Both the position numbers and the translations under genes were made by a program. From a virus (taxonomy: Duplodnaviria > Heunggongvirae > Uroviricota > Caudoviricetes): 64,000 nucleotides of DNA. The notes beneath the pieces are model-generated. The model made no database searches. It was not told the origin of the DNA and saw nothing but the letters and a program-made list of their open reading frames with translations. The stretch is taken from the IMG/VR virus record IMGVR_UViG_3300012286_000299, positions 45,277 through 109,276 of that record; one strand, 5' to 3'. Of the stretch, positions 52,823 to 62,211 are shown in pieces. Every line of letters starts with the position of its first letter. The stretch's first letter is position 1.

Positions 52823-53657
52823 AAAAATATTACACAAAGGAAGAATCTATCTGAAAGATGGAGTATGGGTAGTGAGATATGAAACTAAAGAGAAAGTTAA
52901 AGGAGGTTCTCCTAAACAACTTGGAAGTTATAATATCAGAACAAAAGCTAATTTTGTACCTATCATAGTAGAAGACACTAAAAATTTAATAGATCCTTAT
53001 AGTCAGGGTAAAGAAACTTGTTTTGAATATATCATAAAAACTGAAATAGAAAACGGTTATAAGAATCAACCACCAGGAACAATAGGGTTTGTAGCGCAAA
53101 CTAAACAAGTATGGTATGCTAAATTATGGCCTGTTTCTGAAATGGCTCAGGAATTGCAGCATTATTTTGAAACAACACCTCAAGAAAAAATTGATGAGGA
53201 TTGGGAGAAAGTAAAGGAATTTGATAACGTAGGACCAACAGTAGAAGAATTTTTAGGAATAAATCAAAATAATATGAAAGAGTTATTTTTATTAAGAGGA
53301 TTGCCTGGAGCAGGTAAATCAACATTAGCAAAGTCAATAGGTGGAATGCATGTCGAAGCTGATATGTACCATATGTACGAAGGAAAATATAACTTTGATG
53401 TTACTAAAATAAAAGAAGCTCATGCTTGGTGTCAAAATGCTGCAAAGGTTTGGATGAATAGTGGACTTCCTAAAGTAATAGTATCAAATACATTCACCCA
53501 AGAATGGGAAATGCAACCATACTTAGATTTAGCTAAAGAACATGGGTATAGAGTTTATTCTTTGATTGTAGAAAATAGACATGGAGGAGTAAATGAGCAT
53601 AATGTCCCACAAGAGGTATTAGAAAAAATGAAAAACCGATTCGAAATTTCATTATGA
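52806..53657 (+). CDS. P-loop kinase (AAA_33/polynucleotide-kinase-like) with unrelated N-terminal extension
   Basis: LRGLPGAGKST, EAD, AHAWCQ, VIVSNTFT, HNVPQEVLEKM; alternative start at 53274. Confidence 0.8.
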   Translation: MKKESKKILHKGRIYLKDGVWVVRYETKEKVKGGSPKQLGSYNIRTKANFVPIIVEDTKNLIDPYSQGKETCFEYIIKTEIENGYKNQPPGTIGFVAQTKQVWYAKLWPVSEMAQELQHYFETTPQEKIDEDWEKVKEFDNVGPTVEEFLGINQNNMKELFLLRGLPGAGKSTLAKSIGGMHVEADMYHMYEGKYNFDVTKIKEAHAWCQNAAKVWMNSGLPKVIVSNTFTQEWEMQPYLDLAKEHGYRVYSLIVENRHGGVNEHNVPQEVLEKMKNRFEISL

Positions 53658-53941
53658 AAGAAACATTTGAACAATACTTACAAAGACTAAAAGACAGACG
53701 TACAGAAGATGATTACAAGTACACTGATGAGGATTTTATCAAATATGAAGAATACATCAGAGATTGTTGTAAAAATGGAATGAGTGTTTACAAATGTTTA
53801 GAGTTTATGTATTTTGCAGAAAAAGATATGGACGATCAATTATTCAATAGAGAACCTAGAGAAGAAATCCAACCAGAACAAATTTGGAATGATGAGAAAA
53901 AAGAAGGAATAAAAAAATTAATACAAGAACATAAAAAATGA
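53654..53941 (+). CDS. Hypothetical protein
   Basis: 95 aa, ATGA overlaps. Confidence 0.55.
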   Translation: MKETFEQYLQRLKDRRTEDDYKYTDEDFIKYEEYIRDCCKNGMSVYKCLEFMYFAEKDMDDQLFNREPREEIQPEQIWNDEKKEGIKKLIQEHKK

Positions 53942-54237
53942 AATCAATCAGATTAGATAATAGTACTTATGTTCATGTATATGTTCATAGAATACCGGTA
54001 TCATTAGAAGAAGCAGTTATTTCAAGTGAAACAGGATCTTTCCCTGACTATGAAGAACTAGCTAATCAATACATTGATGCTTTAGATGATCATTGGTGTG
54101 TAGCATTTTTAGAAGAACTACACAAAGTATGTGCTCAAAGAATTGTAGAGCATTGGGAAGAATGTGCTCCTAATCAATTAGAAGAAGAACATTATAAACA
54201 ATATTTAAAATTTAAAAAGAATAAAGATGGAAAATAA
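53938..54237 (+). CDS. Hypothetical protein
   Basis: 99 aa, overlapping neighbours. Confidence 0.55.
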   Translation: MKSIRLDNSTYVHVYVHRIPVSLEEAVISSETGSFPDYEELANQYIDALDDHWCVAFLEELHKVCAQRIVEHWEECAPNQLEEEHYKQYLKFKKNKDGK

Positions 54238-55351
54238 CAATTCAGTTTGTTTTGTAGCAAAAATAAACGAAGTAAAAGCAATCGAAGGAGCTGATAACAT
54301 CGAACAAGCAGTTATCGGAGGATGGAATACTATTGTAAAAAAAGGAACACATTATGCTGGACAACTAGTAATAGTTGCAACTACTGATGCAGTTATTCCT
54401 GTAGAACTTTCTGACAAATATGGTGTAACCAACTACCTAAGAAAAGGACAAAGAGTAAGAACTGTAAAACTAAGAGGAGTTTACTCTGAATGTTTAGTAA
54501 TACCAATTACTCCAGGACATGAGATTAATTACTCAGAGGGTCAAGATATGATGTCAAAACTTGGCATTGTAAAATACGAACCACCAGTTAAACAAATTCA
54601 ACTTGCTTCAGGTAGAAAAATCAAATGGAGAGACAACCAAAACTTCCATATCTACTACAAATTCCCAAATCTTAAAAACGTAGCAGGAATGTTTACACAA
54701 GAAGATGAGGTTCAAATCACTAGAAAAATTCACGGTACAAATGCTAGATATGGTATTGTAAGAAAATCTAAATTATCATTCTGGGATAAAGTAAAAAAAT
54801 TCTTTAGAATAGCTGATAAGTGGATTGATTATGAGTATGTATACGGATCTCATAACTGTGAGAAAGGAAGTGACTCTCAAGGATTTTATTCAACTGATGT
54901 TTGGAGAACAGTTGCTGAGGGGTATGGTATTAAAGATAGACTTTGGGAAATGGTTAAACAATATAGTGTTGAGGATTTAGGATCTGGAGTAGTTCTTTAC
55001 GGAGAAATCTATGGGGCTGGAATTCAAAAGAATTATGATTATGGATTAACAGATATTAAATTTGTAGCATTTGACATCACAATAAATGGAGAATATTTAG
55101 CACCAGAAATAACTCATATAGTTACTTCTTGTGGGTTGCAACTTTCTCACGTAGAGGTTCTTTATGAAGGAAAATGGGATCAAGAAATTCAAGATGAATA
55201 TACATTCAACAACTTCATTGAAGGAACAAAAATACCACATGAAGGAATTGTAATCAAACATGCATCAGGTGATAGAAAGAAAGTAGCCAAAGTAATTAAT
55301 CCTGACTACTTAATCTACGGAGAGAAAAATGATGTAGGAGATTCTCATTAA
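54227..55351 (+). CDS. ATP-dependent RNA ligase with N-terminal OB-like domain (DRB0094/Rnl2-like)
   Basis: IEGADNIE, LRGVYSECL, motif I TRKIHGTN, YGEIYG..IQK, FDI, EGIVIK, KVINPDYL. Confidence 0.85.
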   Translation: MENNNSVCFVAKINEVKAIEGADNIEQAVIGGWNTIVKKGTHYAGQLVIVATTDAVIPVELSDKYGVTNYLRKGQRVRTVKLRGVYSECLVIPITPGHEINYSEGQDMMSKLGIVKYEPPVKQIQLASGRKIKWRDNQNFHIYYKFPNLKNVAGMFTQEDEVQITRKIHGTNARYGIVRKSKLSFWDKVKKFFRIADKWIDYEYVYGSHNCEKGSDSQGFYSTDVWRTVAEGYGIKDRLWEMVKQYSVEDLGSGVVLYGEIYGAGIQKNYDYGLTDIKFVAFDITINGEYLAPEITHIVTSCGLQLSHVEVLYEGKWDQEIQDEYTFNNFIEGTKIPHEGIVIKHASGDRKKVAKVINPDYLIYGEKNDVGDSH

Positions 55352-55368
55352 AAATAATTAATAGAAAG

Positions 55369-55400
55369 CTTGCTTAGGCAAGCTTTTTTTCGTATATTTA
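55369..55400 (+). promoter_or_regulatory. Fused terminator-promoter cassette
   Basis: AAGCTTGC-TTAG-GCAAGCTT-T run-CG-TATATTTA. Confidence 0.75.
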
Positions 55401-55418
55401 AGTATTAAAATAAAAGTT

Positions 55419-55589
55419 ATGCGAGGTAAAAGAACATGGTGTGAAGATGTTTCACCAACATTAAAATCTATTCGTTCACATAAAAATCATGGTAAAATCA
55501 TGACTATAAACAATAAGCAATATGAGTGTATAGGTGGTGATATATTTTTAAATATTAAAACAAATCGTATAGAGAAAGTAAATGTTTAA
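55419..55589 (+). CDS. Small hypothetical protein (56 aa)
   Basis: AAAAGTT-ATG directly after promoter. Confidence 0.5.
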   Translation: MRGKRTWCEDVSPTLKSIRSHKNHGKIMTINNKQYECIGGDIFLNIKTNRIEKVNV

Positions 55590-55603
55590 TTAAAATAAAG
55601 GTT

Positions 55604-56167
55604 ATGATATTGTATAAATTTGATTCGGATAAGTTAGCTTACAGTAAAATTAATAAACCAATGTACTTGTTGAAATATATTGGAATTACGTTAGGAATTT
55701 GTTTAGCAGTTGGAATTTTTAGTTCAATGCAGTATATTGAAAAAACTAAAGTTCAATTAATTAAATCAGAAGCAGTAGTAAACTTAATTACTAATGAATC
55801 TTTTTCTAAAGAAAAATTCTTTGAAGAAGTAGATAGAAGTAATTTTAAATACCCTGATATTATTAAAGCACAAGCACTAATTGAAAGTCAACATTTTACC
55901 TCTCCAGTTTGGAAAGAAAACAATAATGCTTTAGGAATGAGATTACCAAATACAAGATTCACTGTAGCAACAGGTTCAAATTTAGGACATGCTACTTATA
56001 AGACTTGGAAGGATTGTATTAAGGATAGATTAATTTATGAAGCACTATATTTGAATGATCTTTCAAAGATACAATATTTCAAATACTTAGATAAAGTATA
56101 TGCTCGAGCAGGATCAACTGCTTATTCAGATTTGATTAAAACAATAATTAAACAAAAAAATCTATAG
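55604..56167 (+). CDS. Membrane-anchored glucosaminidase-like (GH73-like) protein
   Basis: N-terminal TM; IIKAQALIESQHF...NNALGMR, YKTWKDCIKD. Confidence 0.7.
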   Translation: MILYKFDSDKLAYSKINKPMYLLKYIGITLGICLAVGIFSSMQYIEKTKVQLIKSEAVVNLITNESFSKEKFFEEVDRSNFKYPDIIKAQALIESQHFTSPVWKENNNALGMRLPNTRFTVATGSNLGHATYKTWKDCIKDRLIYEALYLNDLSKIQYFKYLDKVYARAGSTAYSDLIKTIIKQKNL

Positions 56168-56169
56168 TT

Positions 56170-56787
56170 ATGGAAGATTTTTTCGAAGATTTAAAAAATA
56201 GACCAAGACCAAACCTATTCAGAAGAATACAACTTTGGTGGAACCATGATGGAAAGTATTACCACAAATATGCTAAACAAGGAATAAAAAACTTATGGTA
56301 CTGGTTCCCAATTATCTGGAAAGATAGAGATTGGGATGACCATTACATTTTTGAAGTACTTAAACATAAATTAAAAGCTCAAGCCAATTATATTGGAAGA
56401 AGAGATTTTCATACAAGAGCACAGCTTGATGCTAAGAGAATGAGACTTTGTGTTAAACTAATTCAGTTAGTTCAAGATGAAACCTATGCAATGGAGTATA
56501 TGGATTATGCAAAAGACAGACATTGGTTTACAGATTGTGAAGACAGACCAGGATCTTCTTTATGGAATACAGAAGAGGTATGGGAAAAATATGATGACTT
56601 CTTTAAAAAATATCCTCTTGTTTATAAAAATGTACTAAAAGGAGCAGGTCCATTTACTTTAGATGGTAGAGATGATAGTGAAATGAAAAAAATTATTGCA
56701 ATGAATATTGCACATGTAAATCAAGAAAGAGTACACAAGTTGTTATTTAAAATTTTAGAAGAAAATATTAGAGGATGGTGGGATTAG
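56170..56787 (+). CDS. Conserved hypothetical phage protein
   Basis: WFPIIWKDRDWDDHYIFEVL, C-terminal GWWD. Confidence 0.65.
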   Translation: MEDFFEDLKNRPRPNLFRRIQLWWNHDGKYYHKYAKQGIKNLWYWFPIIWKDRDWDDHYIFEVLKHKLKAQANYIGRRDFHTRAQLDAKRMRLCVKLIQLVQDETYAMEYMDYAKDRHWFTDCEDRPGSSLWNTEEVWEKYDDFFKKYPLVYKNVLKGAGPFTLDGRDDSEMKKIIAMNIAHVNQERVHKLLFKILEENIRGWWD

Positions 56788-56918
56788 CAATAGGAATAAT
56801 ATCAGCTGCAGTTATAATAACAGCAGCATTATGGGTACAAGGGATTACACATATGAAAAAAAATTATCCTGATTATAAAGGAGAGGATTTATTTAACGAA
56901 GAAGATGAACAAAATTAA
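56775..56918 (+). CDS. Small membrane protein (47 aa)
   Basis: Hydrophobic N-half, acidic tail; overlaps both neighbours. Confidence 0.45.
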   Translation: MVGLAIGIISAAVIITAALWVQGITHMKKNYPDYKGEDLFNEEDEQN

Positions 56919-57315
56919 AATATACTTAGACGACGTAAGAACACCAGTTGATCCAACTTGGAAAGTAGTTAGAAATTACGAACAATTTGTAGATCAAGTT
57001 ACTTACTATGGATTAGAAAACATTGAGATAATTTCTCTAGACCATGATTTAGGACCTTCAGCAATGGCTGAGTGGCATTCAAATGTATATCACAATTACG
57101 AATTAAACTATGATAACATTAATGAGAAAACAGGAATGGATTGTACAAAATGGTTGGTTAATCAATGGCTTGATGGACATCCTGTTGTTGATGTTGTAGT
57201 ACATTCTGCAAATGCAGTTGGTAGTGCAAATATGATGGGGTACATAAACAACTACAGACATATTCACAGACTACCTCAAAATTGTGTAAGAGTACAAATA
57301 GAACATACAGTATAG
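56905..57315 (+). CDS. Cyclic-phosphate-processing receiver-like domain protein
   Basis: IYLDDVRTP, ISLDHDLG, KTGMDCTKWL, VHSANAVG. Confidence 0.75.
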   Translation: MNKIKIYLDDVRTPVDPTWKVVRNYEQFVDQVTYYGLENIEIISLDHDLGPSAMAEWHSNVYHNYELNYDNINEKTGMDCTKWLVNQWLDGHPVVDVVVHSANAVGSANMMGYINNYRHIHRLPQNCVRVQIEHTV

Positions 57316-57382
57316 ATATGGAACATAAAGCACAAGAATACTCCCAGAAGATATATGGAATGAAGAAAAAAGTAATGCAATA

Positions 57383-57586
57383 ATGCAGTTTGTTTTAGAA
57401 AAGAGACAAAAAGAACTTGATGAATTTGCTATTGGGTTTGCAGAGTGGTTGTCTGAAAAAGAAAGAACAAAATTGCAATGTAAGTCTTATTGTAAAAAAC
57501 ACACTATGTGGTTTACTGATAAAAAAGGACTTGGTGCTACAACACAAGAACTATTAGAAATCTATAAAAAAGAAAAAGGTTTATGA
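57383..57586 (+). CDS. Hypothetical protein
   Basis: FAIGFAEWL...TTQELLEIYKKEKGL. Confidence 0.55.
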   Translation: MQFVLEKRQKELDEFAIGFAEWLSEKERTKLQCKSYCKKHTMWFTDKKGLGATTQELLEIYKKEKGL

Positions 57587-58170
57587 AAGTAATATTTCTA
57601 GATAATGACGGAGTAATTTGCCTAGCTAATAACTGGGGAGGTAGATTTAAAAAAATGGAGAAATATCATAAAGAAAATCCTGAATGGGATAGAATGATAA
57701 AAACTGTTCCAACCCCTATCCGTTTTGATGACTTTGATAAAAAAGCAGTTAAGATACTTAATTCAATTCTAGAAGAAACAGGAGCAGAAATTGTAGTATC
57801 TTCAGATTGGAAAAAACATGCTTGTTTAAATGAATTAGGAGACTATTACTTGGCACAAGGAATTATAAAAAAGCCAATTGCAATAACTCCTTCTTTTATT
57901 GGTTGCGATAAACCAGAAGGATTTGAATGGAGTAGAAGTCACCAATACGAACAAGAACGTGCTTTAGAAATAATGCAATACCTAAAAGATCATCCACAAG
58001 TTACTCATTGGGTAGCAGTAGATGATTTGAATATGGCTGTTGAAGCAATGGACTATTCAATAACTTATACAAGAGTTTGGGGATTAACCAATTTTGTACT
58101 TACTCCAAAATCAAGTGAAGGAATAAAACAATTAGGAATAAAAGAAAAAATATTAGGATTTTTAAAATAA
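57583..58170 (+). CDS. HAD phosphatase, RNA-repair (Swiss-army-knife) type
   Basis: IFLDNDGVI, IVVSSDWK, R..EI..YL, WVAVDDL. Confidence 0.8.
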   Translation: MKVIFLDNDGVICLANNWGGRFKKMEKYHKENPEWDRMIKTVPTPIRFDDFDKKAVKILNSILEETGAEIVVSSDWKKHACLNELGDYYLAQGIIKKPIAITPSFIGCDKPEGFEWSRSHQYEQERALEIMQYLKDHPQVTHWVAVDDLNMAVEAMDYSITYTRVWGLTNFVLTPKSSEGIKQLGIKEKILGFLK

Positions 58171-58195
58171 TTTTCGTATATTAAAATAAAAAGTT

Positions 58196-58438
58196 ATGAC
58201 AGAGTTACAAAAATGGCAAGCAGTTAATCAATGTGAAACACAATCTCAATTAGCAGATCTAATTTCTAAATTTGCTGATAGTGAAGGAATGATTCAAGGT
58301 AGAGAAAGAAAATTCGAAGCTAGTAAGATGATTATCGGATTAAGCTTCTTTATGACAGACGAGATGCCAGCCAATGTTCTTACAAGAGAATTTGGAATTA
58401 GACAACAAGCAATTTATTTAAGAACTTTTAACAAATAA
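58196..58438 (+). CDS. Hypothetical protein
   Basis: LTREFGIRQQAIY; preceded by TTCGTATATT box at 58173-58182. Confidence 0.6.
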   Translation: MTELQKWQAVNQCETQSQLADLISKFADSEGMIQGRERKFEASKMIIGLSFFMTDEMPANVLTREFGIRQQAIYLRTFNK

Positions 58439-58441
58439 GAT

Positions 58442-58672
58442 ATGATTTGGATTTTATTACTTTACGTATTACCATTAATACTTTCGTTAATAGTTTGTTA
58501 CTGTTTTACAAAACAAGATGGAGGAACTGTAAAAGATTTTACAAAAATACTACCATATCTATTTATACCTTTATTTAATATTATCATACTACTTATAGGT
58601 CTCCATGCAATTATCGAAGATTGGGTAGAAAATGATGAAACAATACAAAACTTTTTAAATAAAAAACTATAA
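58442..58672 (+). CDS. Small 2-TM membrane protein
   Basis: Two hydrophobic helices. Confidence 0.55.
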   Translation: MIWILLLYVLPLILSLIVCYCFTKQDGGTVKDFTKILPYLFIPLFNIIILLIGLHAIIEDWVENDETIQNFLNKKL

Positions 58673-59388
58673 TGAGAATAACAGTAATTTCAGATACACA
58701 TACAAGACATGGATTAATTCCAATGGAAGATCTACCAGGTGGAGATCTATTGTTACATGCAGGAGATATAATGAATTCAGGTTATAATAAAAATGACATT
58801 CATGATTTTTGTACTTGGTTTCATTCACTTGATCAATATCAAGATAAAGTATTTATAGCAGGTAATCATGATAGAATGTTTGAAGATCATCCTATAGAAG
58901 CCAATACTATTGTTAACAATTATGGTAGTGTAATTTATTTACAAGATGATGATTTTGTAATATATGGAGATGGACCTGAAGGGAATTCTCCTGAAGACAA
59001 TATTCGTATTTATGGATCACCTTGGCAACCTTGGTTCTATGATTGGGCCTTTAATTTACCAAGAAACCAATTTGGGTTAGCAAGTAAATGGGAAGCAATC
59101 CCTGACAACACAGACATTCTTATTACTCATGGTCCTGCATTTGGAACTTTAGATACAGTACAAGGAAGAAGACATGATAATTTAGGATGTGAATTATTAG
59201 CAGAAAGAATTGAAGTAATTAAACCAAAAATTCACATTTGTGGTCATATTCATTCAGGATATGGTTATGAATTTAAAAATGGAACTCATTTCTTTAATGC
59301 AGCAGTACTGGATGAGCAATACCAATACACACAAAAACCCATGACGTTTGATTGGGATAAAAAAACAAATACAATAAAATTTTTGTAA
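58672..59388 (+). CDS. Metallophosphoesterase (calcineurin-like)
   Basis: ISDTH, HAGD, AGNHD, YGSPWQP, ITHGP, CGHIH. Confidence 0.9.
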   Translation: MRITVISDTHTRHGLIPMEDLPGGDLLLHAGDIMNSGYNKNDIHDFCTWFHSLDQYQDKVFIAGNHDRMFEDHPIEANTIVNNYGSVIYLQDDDFVIYGDGPEGNSPEDNIRIYGSPWQPWFYDWAFNLPRNQFGLASKWEAIPDNTDILITHGPAFGTLDTVQGRRHDNLGCELLAERIEVIKPKIHICGHIHSGYGYEFKNGTHFFNAAVLDEQYQYTQKPMTFDWDKKTNTIKFL

Positions 59389-59404
59389 AATAATTAATAG
59401 AAAG

Positions 59405-59436
59405 CTTGCATACGCAAGCTTTTCTTCGTATATTTA
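59405..59436 (+). promoter_or_regulatory. Fused terminator-promoter cassette
   Basis: AAGCTTGC-ATAC-GCAAGCTT-TTCTTCG-TATATTTA. Confidence 0.75.
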
Positions 59437-59460
59437 AGTATAATAATTTAAAAAAATAAT

Positions 59461-60357
59461 ATGGCAATATTAGACCTAAGAAAAGGCATTACTAAAAATG
59501 AAGAATATGATGCATTCGTATTTCCGGGAGGTGAAGTTCACTTTAAAATCCATAAACCTACAGTTTTGTATCCATCAAATGGAATTAGAATTATTAGCAG
59601 AATTAATAGTGCAAATGATCTAATGTTATTAATTTTAGCAGTAGAAACTATTAAAAAAGATGGTTACACAGGAATGTTAGAAGTAGTTCTTCCTTACATG
59701 CCTTACCAACAAGCTGATAGAGATTTCTCATTTGGAGAATGTTTCTCACTACAAACTGTTTGTAAAATGTTAAATACCCTAGATGTTGATAGATATTACA
59801 TCTTTGATCCACATTCAGATGTATCACCTGCCTTATTAAAGAAAACAACTACAATTGATAATAGTAAATATATTGAACAAGTACTATTAAATATTCGTCA
59901 AGAACAAAATGAGTCATTAGAAGATACATTATGTATTATTTCTCCTGATGCAGGTGCTTATAAGAAAATAGGAAAATTATGTTCCAAATTAGATTGGCGA
60001 GGCGAATTAGTAGCAGCTAATAAATATAGATCGATTTCTACAGGTAATATCGAATCATTAGAATTATCAAAACAGGATTTTGAAGGAAAGGATGTATTGA
60101 TAATCGATGATATTTGTATTGGTGGTAGAACATTTATTAAATTAGCTGAAAAACTCAAAGAATTAAATGCAGGTAGATTATTTCTAGCTATATCACATGG
60201 AGTATTTTCAAATGGGTTTAGAGAGTTGAACGAATGTTTTGAAACAATATTCTGTACAGATAGTTTTTTCAATATTGAAGATCCAAACTTCTTATTAATT
60301 CATGAGAAATCTTGTCATAAAGTAAAACAAATAAACATCAATTATGATAAATTATAA
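59461..60357 (+). CDS. Ribose-phosphate pyrophosphokinase-like (Prs/Adps-like)
   Basis: FPGGEVH, PYMPYQQADR, DPHSDV, ISPDAGA, IIDDICIGGRTF, SHGVFS. Confidence 0.9.
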   Translation: MAILDLRKGITKNEEYDAFVFPGGEVHFKIHKPTVLYPSNGIRIISRINSANDLMLLILAVETIKKDGYTGMLEVVLPYMPYQQADRDFSFGECFSLQTVCKMLNTLDVDRYYIFDPHSDVSPALLKKTTTIDNSKYIEQVLLNIRQEQNESLEDTLCIISPDAGAYKKIGKLCSKLDWRGELVAANKYRSISTGNIESLELSKQDFEGKDVLIIDDICIGGRTFIKLAEKLKELNAGRLFLAISHGVFSNGFRELNECFETIFCTDSFFNIEDPNFLLIHEKSCHKVKQININYDKL

Positions 60358-60886
60358 CGAAGTAGAAGGAGATTTAATCAAATTAGCTAAAGAAGCAAAA
60401 TTTGATGTAATAGCTCACGGATGTAATTGTCATTCAGCTATGGGTGCTGGAATTGCTCCCCAAATGGCTAGAGCTTTTGGTGCAGATAAATTTTGGATGG
60501 AAAGTTGGGGTTCAACAATTGATAAATTAGGTTGTATTGATTATCAAACCTTTGTTTTAGGTGAAAATGCAATGTGGTCTTTAGATGATGCTGATAATAA
60601 GAAAAATGAACCTGAATTAACAGTTGTAAATGCCTATACACAGTTTAATTATGGTAGAAATCATATTGATGGAACTTTTAAACCTTTAGATTATGAAGCT
60701 CTTACTTTATGTATGAGAAAAATGAACAGAGTATTTAAAGGACAGCACATTGGATTACCTCAAATTGGAGCTGGGTTAGCTGGTGGTAATTGGGAAGTAA
60801 TTAAAAAAATAATTCAAACTGAACTTTTAGATTGTAAAGTTACAGTTGTAATATATAAACCAGAAATTAAAAATGAAAACAACTAA
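60344..60886 (+). CDS. Macrodomain protein
   Basis: GDL, IAHGCNC..AMGAGIA, VVNAYTQ, IGLPQIGAGLAGGNW. Confidence 0.9.
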   Translation: MINYNEVEGDLIKLAKEAKFDVIAHGCNCHSAMGAGIAPQMARAFGADKFWMESWGSTIDKLGCIDYQTFVLGENAMWSLDDADNKKNEPELTVVNAYTQFNYGRNHIDGTFKPLDYEALTLCMRKMNRVFKGQHIGLPQIGAGLAGGNWEVIKKIIQTELLDCKVTVVIYKPEIKNENN

Positions 60887-61346
60887 CAAACACGTTTTCT
60901 TTTGGAGTGGAATTTATTCACAGTGGTTTTTAGCTGATATGGTCATAGACGGAATCACATTTAATAGTTGTGAGCAATATATGATGTATAGAAAAGCTTT
61001 ATTGTTTAACGACAAAGACACAGCAGAAGAAATCTTACTTGAAGAAAATCCAAAAGAACAAAAGAAGTGGGGTAGAAAGATTAAAAACTTTGATAGAGCT
61101 ATTTGGGAACAAAATTGTTTATCAATTGTTTATAAAGGTAATTTGGCTAAATTTACACAAAATCTTAGACTACAAGAAGAGTTACTAAATACTGAAGATA
61201 GGTTTTTAGTAGAAGCATCACCTTTAGATACTATCTGGGGGATTGGAATGGCTGAAAATGATGAAGGAGTAGATAATCCTTTAAATTGGAAAGGTCTTAA
61301 TTTATTAGGACAAGCTATAACATTAGTAAAAAATCAATTAAAATAA
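60873..61346 (+). CDS. NADAR (YbiA-like) protein
   Basis: SQWF, CEQYMMYRKA, GRKIKNFD..W, KFTQN, VEASPLDTIWGIG, GLNLLG. Confidence 0.92.
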   Translation: MKTTNKHVFFWSGIYSQWFLADMVIDGITFNSCEQYMMYRKALLFNDKDTAEEILLEENPKEQKKWGRKIKNFDRAIWEQNCLSIVYKGNLAKFTQNLRLQEELLNTEDRFLVEASPLDTIWGIGMAENDEGVDNPLNWKGLNLLGQAITLVKNQLK

Positions 61347-61347
61347 T

Positions 61348-61743
61348 ATGTGTTTAGAAAGACCATCAACAAAGAAAGTAGCAGAAGAGAATATTTTTTG
61401 CTGGAAACAGTTACAAGGATTTAACGGTAAATCTCTTCTTCAGGAGTACAAATACAAACCCGGAGTAGTTCAACCTCAAGTACAGATTGAAATTTGGGGT
61501 GAAGCTGGTGGAATAATTGAAGCTGGGTACCATTCATGGGTAGATCAAGAACCTAAAAATCGATATGGAAACCCATATAGAGATAAGGTACAATATTTGT
61601 TTGTAATCCCAAAAGGAACAGTATATTACGAAGGTTTAGAAAACGGAGGTGCTACGGGATATGCGTCAGAGACTATTGTGTATTTAGGTCATGTTTGGAA
61701 TCCATTAACATGGTTAAGAAAGTCAAAATACGAGAATAAATAA
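61348..61743 (+). CDS. Hypothetical protein
   Basis: IEAGYHSW, FVIPKGTVYYEG. Confidence 0.6.
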   Translation: MCLERPSTKKVAEENIFCWKQLQGFNGKSLLQEYKYKPGVVQPQVQIEIWGEAGGIIEAGYHSWVDQEPKNRYGNPYRDKVQYLFVIPKGTVYYEGLENGGATGYASETIVYLGHVWNPLTWLRKSKYENK

Positions 61744-61744
61744 T

Positions 61745-62209
61745 ATGATATTTACACCACCACAAAATATTGCAAAAAGAGATTTCGATAGTCCTTCAAT
61801 ATTTTTAGCAGGTTCTATCGAAATGGGTAAAGCAGAAGATTGGCAAACAGAAATGTCATTATTCTTCTCTGGATTAGGGATTAATGTATTTAATCCAAGA
61901 AGAAAGGATTGGGATAGTTCATGGAAACAGGAATATGAAAATCCACAATTCTTTCAACAAGTAACTTGGGAATTAAATGCATTAGAGTTATCTAACATGA
62001 TCTTAATGTATTTTATACCTGAAACACAATCACCAATTAGCCTTTTAGAATTAGGGTTATTTGCACATACTCATAATATTCATGTAGTTTGTCCACAAGG
62101 GTTTTGGAGAAAAGGGAATGTAGAGATTGTTTGTGATAGATACAATATTCCATTTTACGACAATTTAGAAGATTTTAAAACAAGTTTTATTAATAATAAT
62201 TTAGAATAG
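61745..62209 (+). CDS. Nucleoside 2-deoxyribosyltransferase-like protein
   Basis: IFLAGSIEMG, FNPRR, WELNAL, SPISLLELG. Confidence 0.85.
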   Translation: MIFTPPQNIAKRDFDSPSIFLAGSIEMGKAEDWQTEMSLFFSGLGINVFNPRRKDWDSSWKQEYENPQFFQQVTWELNALELSNMILMYFIPETQSPISLLELGLFAHTHNIHVVCPQGFWRKGNVEIVCDRYNIPFYDNLEDFKTSFINNNLE

Positions 62210-62211
62210 TT

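Noticed and set aside
266-59848. Short minus-strand ORFs in the supplied track (266, 2058, 2731, 8215, 12468, 16775, 19040, 27789, 31575, 34231, 35371, 36142, 53119, 59651, also 59958)
   Set aside because: All lie antisense to well-supported + strand genes, show no motifs and have no minus-strand promoters
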